From Thermodesulfobacteriota bacterium (lineage in GTDB: Bacteria > Desulfobacterota_D > UBA1144 > Nemesobacterales > Mycalebacteriaceae), in the NCBI GenBank assembly GCA_965226585.1, contig OZ245366.1, positions 1,248,001-1,312,000 of the forward strand: DNA of 64,000 bases, written 5' to 3'. The position numbers and the translations under genes were made by a program. The notes below the pieces were generated by a model. That model saw only the letters and a program-made list of their open reading frames with translations. It had not been told where the DNA came from and ran no database searches. Position 1 is the stretch's first letter. Each line of letters opens with the position of its first letter. Of the stretch, positions 9,301-17,234 are shown piece by piece.

Positions 9301-10077
9301 GCAGACGCAGGAAGCCGTCACACACGGCACGACACAAAGGTTAAATACGGAGAAGATGCCTATGTATTTGCCGGAGGTTTGTCCATCCCCGCAGGGCAGT
9401 CCGCCGTGTCAATCGGCGCGGGTTATGAAACATCAGACTTTAACGCCGGAACGGACACAAACGCGGCGGGTGAGCGTTTTATGGCAGGATTATCAGTAGC
9501 AGGTGAGATTTGGAAAAGAATTATCGCAGATGCAAGAACACAGTTTGCAAAAGCGGCATGGGAATCAACATCCGCAAGGGGAGAAGATACCTACTCCGCA
9601 AAGACAAATATAACAACGTGGTCTGCCGCAATAGGGGCGGAAATGCCATTCTTTCCCGGTGGTGTATTTATGGTGGTTCCGCGTCTTGAAGCGGGAGTAG
9701 CCCGTGTATCTGCGGATGGTTTTACAGAAACCGGAGACATGCCTCTTTCTGTTGAAGGATTATCACAAACATATTTGCGTGTAACTCCATCAGTAACGGC
9801 TTATGCTCCCGCAGGGGAAAGTGTAAATATGTGGATGACCGCCGGAGCGGATGCTCACTTAACAGACCCCAAAACAGACTTAAAAGCCGCCTTTTCCCCT
9901 GATGACCCGGTAAATACAAAAGGCGGACTTGAACGCATAAACATAAGATACAGCGCGGGTGCAGAGGTAAGTCCGTTAAAAGGTGTAAGTGTTCGTGTGG
10001 CGTATAGCGGCGGTGTTTCCACTACCTTTGATACGCTTACGCAGACATTTACGGCAAGGTTCGGAGTGGCGTTTTAG
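6301..10077 (+). CDS. Autotransporter-like outer-membrane/surface protein 2
   Basis: TTG start after GGAGG; signal peptide (..FSAPSSSYA/Q); about 22-aa VSGGMIW repeats; C-terminal barrel ending ARFGVAF. Confidence 0.85.
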   Translation: MSKKLSCIILSTLLFAFSAPSSSYAQPAVFEICGDKSIIPNAVNLRCISTTGNAVIILYLPGAEFTEDSGNFSLLNATEAGADAIFNTHAIKITTTQTGGDTIIIGGAGNAAFRADDEAFTIKSGGGNVVTMTAGTGDANIEIYNQSKVQIESTGGGNGIVASSESGDVFADFSNQGRIYSVQDDATGFIATTNGGEISANFDGLYSRILMYPVGNHGGSSDAKGATLTSTSGDISVLLTNSSAILAPSLGDSHGLEAVTGGDGDINIHLQNGNACIVGRNGVKATTVDGDINIYLSNALIRGIGTGGRALNATSTNGDITITGDGTGNINSVSNVVYLDTSGEANISGVRIGTEAGTAVESTGNLTVSNAEIWANGNSSDAVKAQTVHVSGGMIWTNGFSSEAVNAQTVYVSGGMIWTNDLFSDAVEAQTVHVSGGMIWANGSGALSSETVNVSDGMIWTTGDVDDAVSSDTVNVSGGMIWTIGDSSDAVDADTVVNVSGGMIWANGRSSEAVKAQTVYVSGGMIWADGSHGAAVSAQTLVNVSDGMIWADGSRGTAVNAQTVNVSGGIIWSNGSNSHAVSAQTVNVPGGIIWSNGSGILSSAVFLRNIEGPAELKVGGGAVVCGGILSGSVCTAGGSDVHAVRADDFATTGGTITTEDGGNITGRILLSKHNDVFYNNGSFTGHGNTRGGDDRVENKGTFTLTGDFEMGEGDDTFENKDSGMVVYGNHSIIAETKPDPPSTQQSSPSRHSASSPSRHSVLDTESSIQLANQYWIPASAGMTEGAGMTEGAGMTEGAGMTEGAGNSRFRLSSADPAPADTTATINFGDGDDHFINNGTIVIQNTGGFAGLEKITFGENSTVMVTADSTEMTTDKPLIELEGEITAEDVKDLNIKLANPERHSDEFSLFSETALPDSEAERQEVLSMISGGLGEGSSAGMDSNGNIFVVLANSVHFNYLRNYDAMIQSAYQSDSAFSEKLRGSCYGGEAETQDLSGGCLWADAGSRHTRHDTKVKYGEDAYVFAGGLSIPAGQSAVSIGAGYETSDFNAGTDTNAAGERFMAGLSVAGEIWKRIIADARTQFAKAAWESTSARGEDTYSAKTNITTWSAAIGAEMPFFPGGVFMVVPRLEAGVARVSADGFTETGDMPLSVEGLSQTYLRVTPSVTAYAPAGESVNMWMTAGADAHLTDPKTDLKAAFSPDDPVNTKGGLERINIRYSAGAEVSPLKGVSVRVAYSGGVSTTFDTLTQTFTARFGVAF
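7402..8110 (+). repeat. Intragenic ~66-bp tandem repeats (about 11 units, V.VSGGMIW......AV.AQT)
   Basis: Recurring GTGTCGGGCGGAATGATTTGG and GCACAGACGGT cores; units of 20-23 aa. Confidence 0.92.
8573..8709. repeat. 76-bp palindromic element (8573-8648) inside autotransporter 2, with four 18-bp GCRGGAATGACGGAGGGG units (8638-8709) starting in its right end
   Basis: Direct match to the element; translation RHSVLDTESSIQLANQYWIPAS(AGMTEG)x4. Confidence 0.97.
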
Positions 10078-10098
10078 AGACGCGGACGCGCCCACTCC

Positions 10099-10141
10099 GT
10101 CATTCCGTGCCTGACACGGAATCCAGTATTCAACTGGCTAA
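10099..10141. repeat. Half copy of the palindromic element between autotransporters 2 and 3
   Basis: GTCATTCCGTGCCTGACACGGAATCCAGTATTCAACTGGCTAA, then the match stops in AT-rich sequence. Confidence 0.93.
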
Positions 10142-10168
10142 TTTCATATATATTAAAAAAACAAACAA

Positions 10169-13100
10169 ATGTCATTGCCACAAAAAATATTTTTTTTCTC
10201 TCGTTTTTCCTCACCGCTGTAACGCTTACGGCAATTGCACCTGTTCCCGCTTATTCGCAATTGCAATTCAATTATTGCGACAACCCTCCCCCTCCCTCTG
10301 CGACTTGCACCCCAGACAACATATACATCCGATTTTATCACGAACACATAAGAACCGTACTGCTTGAACCTCCGGACAAAACCTCCGTTGATGAAACAAC
10401 CGTCCGTGACGGAACCATCACCATACTCTTTAACAAACAAGGCAGAATTGCATCAAGAGTACCGGATGGCGCGAACGGGATTTTGGCAACAACTGAAAAC
10501 GGCGATATGACCGCAACTTTTGACGGACTGGGTTCGGGAATCTTTATGTATCCAAGTGGCAAACGCGACACCTACTCAAATGCCAGAGGCGCGACATTCA
10601 CAAGCGATAGCGGCAATATAAGTGTTTTACTAACAAACTCTGGGTCAATCCTCGCGCCGTCTCTGGGAGATTCCCACGGCTTTGTGGCTCAAACGGGAGA
10701 GGACGGAGATATAGACATAGTGATGAAAAACGGGAACTCATGCATAGTAGGCAGAAACGGTGTTAAAGCAACTACTGTTGACGGAGATATACGCATAGAA
10801 CTGTCGGGCGCGCTGATTCGCGGTATAGGCACAGGCGGATGGGCTTTGAATGCAACATCGGTAAATGGAGATATCACAATCACAGGCGATGGCACGGGCA
10901 ACATTGCCTCTCTGAATCATAATAGCAGCGGCGTTTATCTTGACACCGATGGTGAGGCAAGCATCAGCAATATTGATATATGGACGCAAGGAGATGGCGG
11001 CACAACAATAGAATCGGTGAGCGGCTTGCGTGTAGTATCGGGAAACATCTGGGCTAACGGCTCGGGCGGCAATACGGTGGAAGCGGGAACTGTGAATGTG
11101 TCGGGCGGAGATATTTTTACGACAGTCCATAACAGCAATGCGGTGGTTGCGCAGGCGGTGAATATATCGGGTGGAGGGATTTGGACACTCAGAGGCGGGT
11201 CATCAGAGAGCATTTTCAGTACCGCCGTGCTTCTCAGAAACGAAGACGGGCAAGCGGAATTAACGGTTGGAGGAAGCGCGATTGTGTGCGGCGGTGCGCT
11301 TTCGGGCATAATCTGCACGGCAAGCGACTATGGCTATGCCGTGCGTGCTGAGACCCCGGCGGCGACCTATGGCACAAAGATAACAACCGAAGGTAGCGGC
11401 AATATAACGGGCAGAATTGGGCTTTCAGACAACAGCGATGTTTTCTACAACAACGGCTCTTTCACCGGACACGGAAACACCGGAGCCGGTGATGACAGGG
11501 TTGAAAACAAGGGAACCTTCACCCTCACCGGAGATTTTGAAATGGGTGAAGGCGATGACAGCTTTGTGAACATAGACGGCGGAATGGTAGTAGGCGATGA
11601 CACTCACACAATAACGCCTACACCGACTACGGGAACACAATCCTCTCCACCCCGTCATTCCGCATCCTCTCCTTCCCGTCATTCCGTGCTTGACACGGAA
11701 TCCAGTATTCAACTGGGTTACCCAATACTGGATTCCTGCTTTCGCAGGAATGACGGAGGGGGCAGGAATGGCGAGAGTGGGGAATGTCATTCCGCGCCTG
11801 CGTCTTCCACCCCGTCAGCAAGCGGCGACAGCCGTTTCCGCCTCTCTTCTGCAGACCCCGCCCCTGCGGACACAACCGCAACCATTAACTTCGGCGATGG
11901 CGATGACCATTTCATAAACAACGGCACAATCGTAATTCAAGATACAGGCGGCTTTGCGGGCTTGGAGAAAATAACCTTCGGTGAAAACTCAACCGTTATG
12001 GTTACCGCAGATTCTACAGAAATGACAACAGACAAACCCCTCATAGAACTTGAAGGCGAGATAACCGCAGAGGATGTTAAAGACTTAAACATAAAATTAG
12101 CCAACCCCGAAAGACATTCAGACGAATTCGCCCTGTTCAGTGAAACCGCCTTGCCTGATAATGAAGCCGAAAGGCAAGAGGTATTGAGCATGATAAGCGG
12201 CGGTCTTGGTGAAGGCAGTAGCGCGGGGGTGGATTCAAACGGCAATATATTTGTTGTGCTTGCCAATTCCGTTCACTTTAACTACCTGAGAAATTATGAC
12301 GCAATGATCCAATCCGCTTACCACTCGGATAGTGCCTTCTCAGAAAAACTGCGCGGCAGTTGTTACGGCGGGGAAGCGGAGACACAACATTTAAGCGGCG
12401 GCTGTCTCTGGGCAGACGCAGGAAGCCGTCATACGAGACACGACACAAAGGTTAAATACGGAGAAGACGCTTATGTATTTGCCGGTGGTTTGTCCATCCC
12501 CGCCGGGCAGTCTGCCGTATCAATCGGCGCAGGTTATGAAACATCAGACTTTAACGCCGGAACTGATACAAACGCGGCAGGTGAAAGGTTTATGGCAGGA
12601 TTATCAGTAGCAGGTGAGATTTGGAAAAGAGTTATCGCGGATGCAAGAACACAGTTTGCAAAAGCGGCATGGGAATCAACATCCGCAAGGGGAGAAGATG
12701 CCTACTCCGCAAAGACAAATATAACAACATGGTCTGCCGCAATAGGGGCGGAGATGCCGTTTTTCCCCGGTGGTGTATTTATGGTGGTTCCGCGTCTTGA
12801 AGCGGGAGTAGCCCGTGTATCTGCGGACAGTTTCATGGAAACCGGCGGCGGAGATATGCCTCTTTCTGTAGGCGGATTATCACAAACATATTTGCGTGTA
12901 ACTCCATCGGTAACGGCTTATGCTCCCGCAGGGGAAAGTGTAAATATGTGGATGACCGCCGGAGCGGACGCTCATTTAACAGACCCCAAGACAGACTTAA
13001 AAGCCACCTTCTCTCCTGATGACCCTGTGAATACAAAAGGCGGTTTTGAACGCATAAACATAAGATACAGCGCGGGTGCTGAGGTAAGTCCGTTAAAAGG

Positions 13101-13194
13101 TGTAAGTGTTCGTGTTGCGTATAGCGGCGGGGTTTCCACTACCTTTGATACGCTTACGCAGACATTTACGGCAAGGTTCGGAGTGGCGTTTTAG
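10169..13194 (+). CDS. Autotransporter-like protein 3. The ATG at 10169 is out of frame at a T8 tract, so it is either phase-OFF or an assembly error (track ORF 10261-13194).
   Basis: The main frame upstream of 10261 encodes a signal-peptide h/c-region (FFLSFFLTAVTLTAIAPVPAYS/Q) with no in-frame ATG. The last ~450 aa are nearly identical to autotransporter 2 and end ARFGVAF. Confidence 0.8.
11678..11754. repeat. 77-bp variant of the palindromic element inside autotransporter 3
   Basis: Loop CAACTGGGTTACCC is 1 bp longer than CAACTGGCTAACC; translation RHSVLDTESSIQLGYPILDSCFRRND. Confidence 0.96.
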
Positions 13195-13637
13195 TTTCGC
13201 CTCTTTACCGCACGCGCCATCTCCCTCTCGGCATCCTTCTTCTTAATATCCGCCCTCTTGTCAAACTTCTTCTTCCCCTTCCCCAACGCCAACTCCACCT
13301 TCGCGTAACCGCCCCTGAAATAAACCTTCGTAGGCACAAGCGCGAAACCCTTTATCTGCGTCTTGCCAGTCAACTTGTCTATCTCCCGCTTCTTTAACAA
13401 CAACTTCCGGGAACGGGTCGGGTCGTAACCATCAATATCCGCCGCCTCATACGGCGCGATGTAACTCCCAACAAGAAAAACCTCGCCAGCCCTCGCTACG
13501 GCGTAACTCTCCTTTATGCTCGCCTTGCCGCCCCTTAACGATTTAACCTCGGAGCCGGTTAAAACCATTCCGGCTTCAAACCTCTCCTCTATGCTGTAAT
13601 CCCTGTTAACCGTGGGGTGTTTGCATACCTGCTTCAT
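13191..13637 (-). CDS. smpB: SsrA-binding protein
   Basis: EAGMVLTGSEVKSLR, PTRSRKLLLKKREI, ALGKGKKKFDKR. Confidence 0.96.
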   Translation of the reverse strand: MKQVCKHPTVNRDYSIEERFEAGMVLTGSEVKSLRGGKASIKESYAVARAGEVFLVGSYIAPYEAADIDGYDPTRSRKLLLKKREIDKLTGKTQIKGFALVPTKVYFRGGYAKVELALGKGKKKFDKRADIKKKDAEREMARAVKRRN

Positions 13638-13642
13638 CAAAA

Positions 13643-14296
13643 TCAGTAAAAAGTTCCCGCCACTCCAAGAACGGTGGCGATAAAACTGACGGGAGCAAGA
13701 TCTTCTATGGTGTCCAAACTGGTGTTGGCTTTCAATATCGTGTCTTTCGCGGCGTGATACAAATCATCCTCATTTACCAACTTCCCTATCGCGCCTTCAC
13801 CCTCGTCTATCTTCTCAAGAATGGAATCCAAACGCGCCGCCGCACTGGACGCCTCACTTAAAAACTTTCCGGCGTCATCTATTATCCCGTCAAAATTATG
13901 CGGCTTCTTGCCGTCAAGAGAATCCCCCGAAAAAAGCATCTCGCCACTGCCGGACGGCAAAGAAAGATTTATGTATCCAGACCCAAGAAAACTGACAAGC
14001 CGTATTGATGCAACCGTGTCTGTGGTAACGGGAGTGTTTTTCGCTATCCGCGCAACCACCTTTATCCTCTCGCCGTCTTCGGAAAACTTTATCTCCTTAA
14101 CATTGCCGACACGCACGCCCTCCATCTTTACAAGCGTCCCCTCGTTCAAACCGGACGCAGACTCAAAATAAATGTTCAGATTTTTGTAACTTGAAAAAAA
14201 CGGCAGGCTTCCCGCGAACTCAAGCACAACAAGAACGGCAAGAATGCCGGTGAGGAAAAACGCGCCCGTCTTTAAATTTTTTCTTCCGCCTTTCAC
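13643..14296 (-). CDS. mlaD: MlaD/Mce-family substrate-binding protein
   Basis: N-terminal TM helix; ASGLNEGTLVKMEGVRVGNV MCE motif; GEGAIGKLVNEDDLY. Confidence 0.88.
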   Translation of the reverse strand: MKGGRKNLKTGAFFLTGILAVLVVLEFAGSLPFFSSYKNLNIYFESASGLNEGTLVKMEGVRVGNVKEIKFSEDGERIKVVARIAKNTPVTTDTVASIRLVSFLGSGYINLSLPSGSGEMLFSGDSLDGKKPHNFDGIIDDAGKFLSEASSAAARLDSILEKIDEGEGAIGKLVNEDDLYHAAKDTILKANTSLDTIEDLAPVSFIATVLGVAGTFY

Positions 14297-15060
14297 AATT
14301 CTTCCTCCCTCTCCGCTTCAAAGAAACTCCTTACAAGAGGGTCTTCACTGGCGGAAACCTGTTCAACCGTTCCGGTCTCTATCACCCTTCCGCCATGCAT
14401 TATAGATAACCGCTCGGCAAGGGTAAAAGCAAGTTGTATGTCGTGCGTTACAATCATCTGCGTTATGCCGATATTTTCGCGTATGGCGACAATCAGGTCG
14501 CTCACGGCTTTTTTTGTGGCGGGGTCAAGCCCGGTTGTCGGCTCGTCAAACAGCAAAACATCAGGGTTTGTCAGCAAAGCCCGCGCTATGGCGACACGCC
14601 TTTTCATTCCACCGCTTAATTGTGAAGGCAAAGCGTCTTCCCTTCCCGATATGCCGACAACGGAAAGCGCGGCGCGGGAAAGAGCGGTTATCTCGCGCTC
14701 GTTTTTCATAAAAACCCGCTCCCTTAAATACAACTCCACATTCTCCGCCACCGTCATTGAATTGAAAAGCGCGGACGACTGAAACACAAGAGACACCGTT
14801 GCCCCCGCCTCAGAGGGAGGAAGCGAGTTTATCAGCACCTCGCCCTCATCCGGCTCTTCCAGTCCGCATATCTGGCGCAAAAGCGTGGTTTTTCCCGAAC
14901 CGCTTCTGCCGATAACCACCATCATCTCGCCCGCTTTGACCTCAAGATTCGCCCCGCTCAAAACCTTAAGTTCACCAAAAGTTTTTGTTACACCTTTAAC
15001 CTCAATCCCCGTAGGCTTTCCGCACAGATGCGCCATCAGTATTTCAAGGTCGCCGCTCAT
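14293..15060 (-). CDS. mlaF: MlaF/Mkl-family ABC ATPase
   Basis: Walker A GRSGSGKT, LSGGMKRRVAIARAL, LLFDEPTTGLDP; lies between mlaE and mlaD. Confidence 0.88.
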   Translation of the reverse strand: MSGDLEILMAHLCGKPTGIEVKGVTKTFGELKVLSGANLEVKAGEMMVVIGRSGSGKTTLLRQICGLEEPDEGEVLINSLPPSEAGATVSLVFQSSALFNSMTVAENVELYLRERVFMKNEREITALSRAALSVVGISGREDALPSQLSGGMKRRVAIARALLTNPDVLLFDEPTTGLDPATKKAVSDLIVAIRENIGITQMIVTHDIQLAFTLAERLSIMHGGRVIETGTVEQVSASEDPLVRSFFEAEREEEL

Positions 15061-15066
15061 AACTTC

Positions 15067-15840
15067 CTACACTATCCCCGCCACAGACAACACTTTGGAG
15101 ATGAAATAATCGCAAACAAGTATCATCACAATTGACGCCACAACCGCCCGCGTAACCGAAACCCCTATCTGGCGGGGTCCTCCCCTTGTTTTAAGCCCGA
15201 TTTTACAGCATATCATCAGGATTACCAGACCGAAGAAAAGCGCCTTTATAACGCCGTTCAAAACCGTTTTGTAGGTTACGAAATCGCCGAGATTGTTGAA
15301 ATACACAACCGCCGGAAGCGACACCTGAGGGTTTGTCGCGCTCACCACCGCGCCGCCTATCCAGCCCGTTACTATCATCAAAAGCACCAGCACGGGCATT
15401 GATATCGCGAAAGCCACAAGGCGCGGAGTTACGAGAAACTTCACGGGGTCTATCTTCATCGTTTGGAGCGCGTCTATCTCGTCATAAACCCGCATTGACG
15501 CCAGTTCCGCGGTTATCGCCGAACCCAGCCGCCCCGCGACAAGAATTGAGCACATAACGGGACCTATCTCCCTTGAAACCGCTATCCCCACAAGACCGCC
15601 AAGCGTTTCCTGTATGCCGAAACCGGCAAGCAGGGGTCCCGTCTGCAGGGCAAGCACCGCGCCGCTTGAAAGCCCGATTATCGCCGCCACAACAAGCGTG
15701 TCCGCCCCGATAACAACTATCTGGAACATCACCTTGTCTGCGTTCGCCCTGATGTCTTTGCACCAGTAGACGGACGAAGCAAACAGGGCGAGAGCGTCTC
15801 CCGTGAAAGCCGCGAACCGGTGTAAAACTCCCCGCTTCAT
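15067..15840 (-). CDS. mlaE: MlaE-family ABC permease
   Basis: REIGPV..ILVAGRLGSAITAELASMRVYDEIDAL..M.IDP..FLVTPR; ATG at 15840 overlaps the upstream TGA. Confidence 0.92.
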   Translation of the reverse strand: MKRGVLHRFAAFTGDALALFASSVYWCKDIRANADKVMFQIVVIGADTLVVAAIIGLSSGAVLALQTGPLLAGFGIQETLGGLVGIAVSREIGPVMCSILVAGRLGSAITAELASMRVYDEIDALQTMKIDPVKFLVTPRLVAFAISMPVLVLLMIVTGWIGGAVVSATNPQVSLPAVVYFNNLGDFVTYKTVLNGVIKALFFGLVILMICCKIGLKTRGGPRQIGVSVTRAVVASIVMILVCDYFISKVLSVAGIV

Positions 15841-17234
15841 AACTGTCTGCACATCTCCTCGCTTTTTACCGCCTCTCCAATCTTAACAGGCAAAAACAGA
15901 AATCTAATCTTCCGCGCTTCAAAATCCGAAGAATATCCAAGCGCGCCGCCCGCAACCAGAAACGATGACTTCTCGCACGATTTTCTGAATGAGAACGTTC
16001 CGAAAAGAAACGAAACCGCCGTTCCCTTTCCTTCCATCGTCCGCACATCAAGAGGCCGCCACAAAAAGGCGTAGTTTCTGTAAAGTTTTCCGCTTGACCC
16101 TATAAACGGCTCTATGGGCGAGAACATATGAAACCGCGCCGCCCCGCGCTCGTCCCGCTTGTAAGTGAACAGGGGCCAGAGGTCAACGCGAATGGACTGC
16201 CTTTTGTTTGTGTTGTGGGGAATCTCGCGCCGGATTTTCAGGGCGAGAAGAAAAGTGTCTTTTGTGGAGACGCTTGAAGTCAGGTTGAAGCGGACTGAGG
16301 TATAGAGGGGCCAGAGGATAAACCGCGTTTTTTTAACGCCGCGTATTTCCGATTTTTCAAAAAACGGGAAAAACCGCACCCGCCTTGAGTTGTCAGACTT
16401 GCTGAAATTGATAAGGGGCCAGGGCACATGATACGACTTCAAATTGGTTGCCGAATCCGTGCTTTTCTGAAACAGGGGCCACAGGTACATACGGTGCGAC
16501 TGGGTTTGGTAGTCAAAACGGTAGTAGAACGGGAAAAACGCCTTGTAGTATCTATAATTGCGGTCTTCCAGTCTGCCCTTCTCTTTTTCCAGATACAGGG
16601 GCCACAGGGCGAAGCGCAGGCGCGAGTTAGAGTCTTTCACAGAGCCGTAAAGGGGCCAGAAGCGGAAGCCCTCTTTGCCGTCCGAATAGAAACCGATAAG
16701 GGGCCAGAGGATGTTGTGCGAAACCCCCGTTTCCGAGCGCGTTTGCAGGTAGAGCGGGAACATATACGTCTTCACCTTGCCGCCGAAATTGCCGTAGAAC
16801 GGGGCGAATGAAAACAGGTTTCTTTCAGGCATTTCCGAAGAGCGGTAGAAAAGCAGCGGGTAGATTCTGAAACTTGTTTCCGTTATGGCGGCGGCTTCCA
16901 CATCCCTTACCTCTCCGCGCAGGGATATCAGGTTGAAAAGAAAACCCGCGTTGTAGCCGTTGTGGTCTTTTCTGAAATTGAAAAACGGATACAGCAGTTC
17001 CACGTTGAGAGTCTCGCGCTGAAGATTTCTGCTGACATGAAAAAACGGTCTGAACCCGTATGAGCCCGTCTCTCTGTCGTCATTTCTTGTTTTTACATAG
17101 GGACCCAGTTCGTAGGCGGAAGTCTTTTCGCTTGAAAACCCGAAAGGGTCCGGCTCCATAACAAACGCGCTTGCGGGCGCGGATAAAAGAACGCACAACG
17201 CGAAAACCGCCGCCTTGATGACTGTTTTTTTCAA
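15837..17234 (-). CDS. Exported aromatic-rich repeat protein, probably outer-membrane, function unknown
   Basis: Signal peptide (..SAPASA/F); many (L/F)WP(L/F)(Y/F) and FFPF motifs; overlaps both alr and mlaE by 4 bp. Confidence 0.7.
   Translation of the reverse strand: MKKTVIKAAVFALCVLLSAPASAFVMEPDPFGFSSEKTSAYELGPYVKTRNDDRETGSYGFRPFFHVSRNLQRETLNVELLYPFFNFRKDHNGYNAGFLFNLISLRGEVRDVEAAAITETSFRIYPLLFYRSSEMPERNLFSFAPFYGNFGGKVKTYMFPLYLQTRSETGVSHNILWPLIGFYSDGKEGFRFWPLYGSVKDSNSRLRFALWPLYLEKEKGRLEDRNYRYYKAFFPFYYRFDYQTQSHRMYLWPLFQKSTDSATNLKSYHVPWPLINFSKSDNSRRVRFFPFFEKSEIRGVKKTRFILWPLYTSVRFNLTSSVSTKDTFLLALKIRREIPHNTNKRQSIRVDLWPLFTYKRDERGAARFHMFSPIEPFIGSSGKLYRNYAFLWRPLDVRTMEGKGTAVSFLFGTFSFRKSCEKSSFLVAGGALGYSSDFEARKIRFLFLPVKIGEAVKSEEMCRQL

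Noticed and set aside
10107..10440. Short ORFs 10107-10367 (+) and 10153-10440 (-)
   Set aside because: They derive from the half element and overlap the true 5' end of autotransporter 3.
7402..13194. Diversity-generating retroelement (TR/VR) in the autotransporter repeats or duplicated 3' ends
   Set aside because: No reverse transcriptase in the window. Differences between copies involve all four bases and many are synonymous, so they are not adenine-specific.
2126..13194. Autonomous IS or transposon
   Set aside because: No transposase, RAYT or recombinase ORF is present. If the elements are mobile, the enzyme must be encoded elsewhere.
13191..13640. tmRNA (ssrA) next to smpB
   Set aside because: Both sides of smpB are occupied by CDSs, and no tRNA-like ssrA ends were seen.
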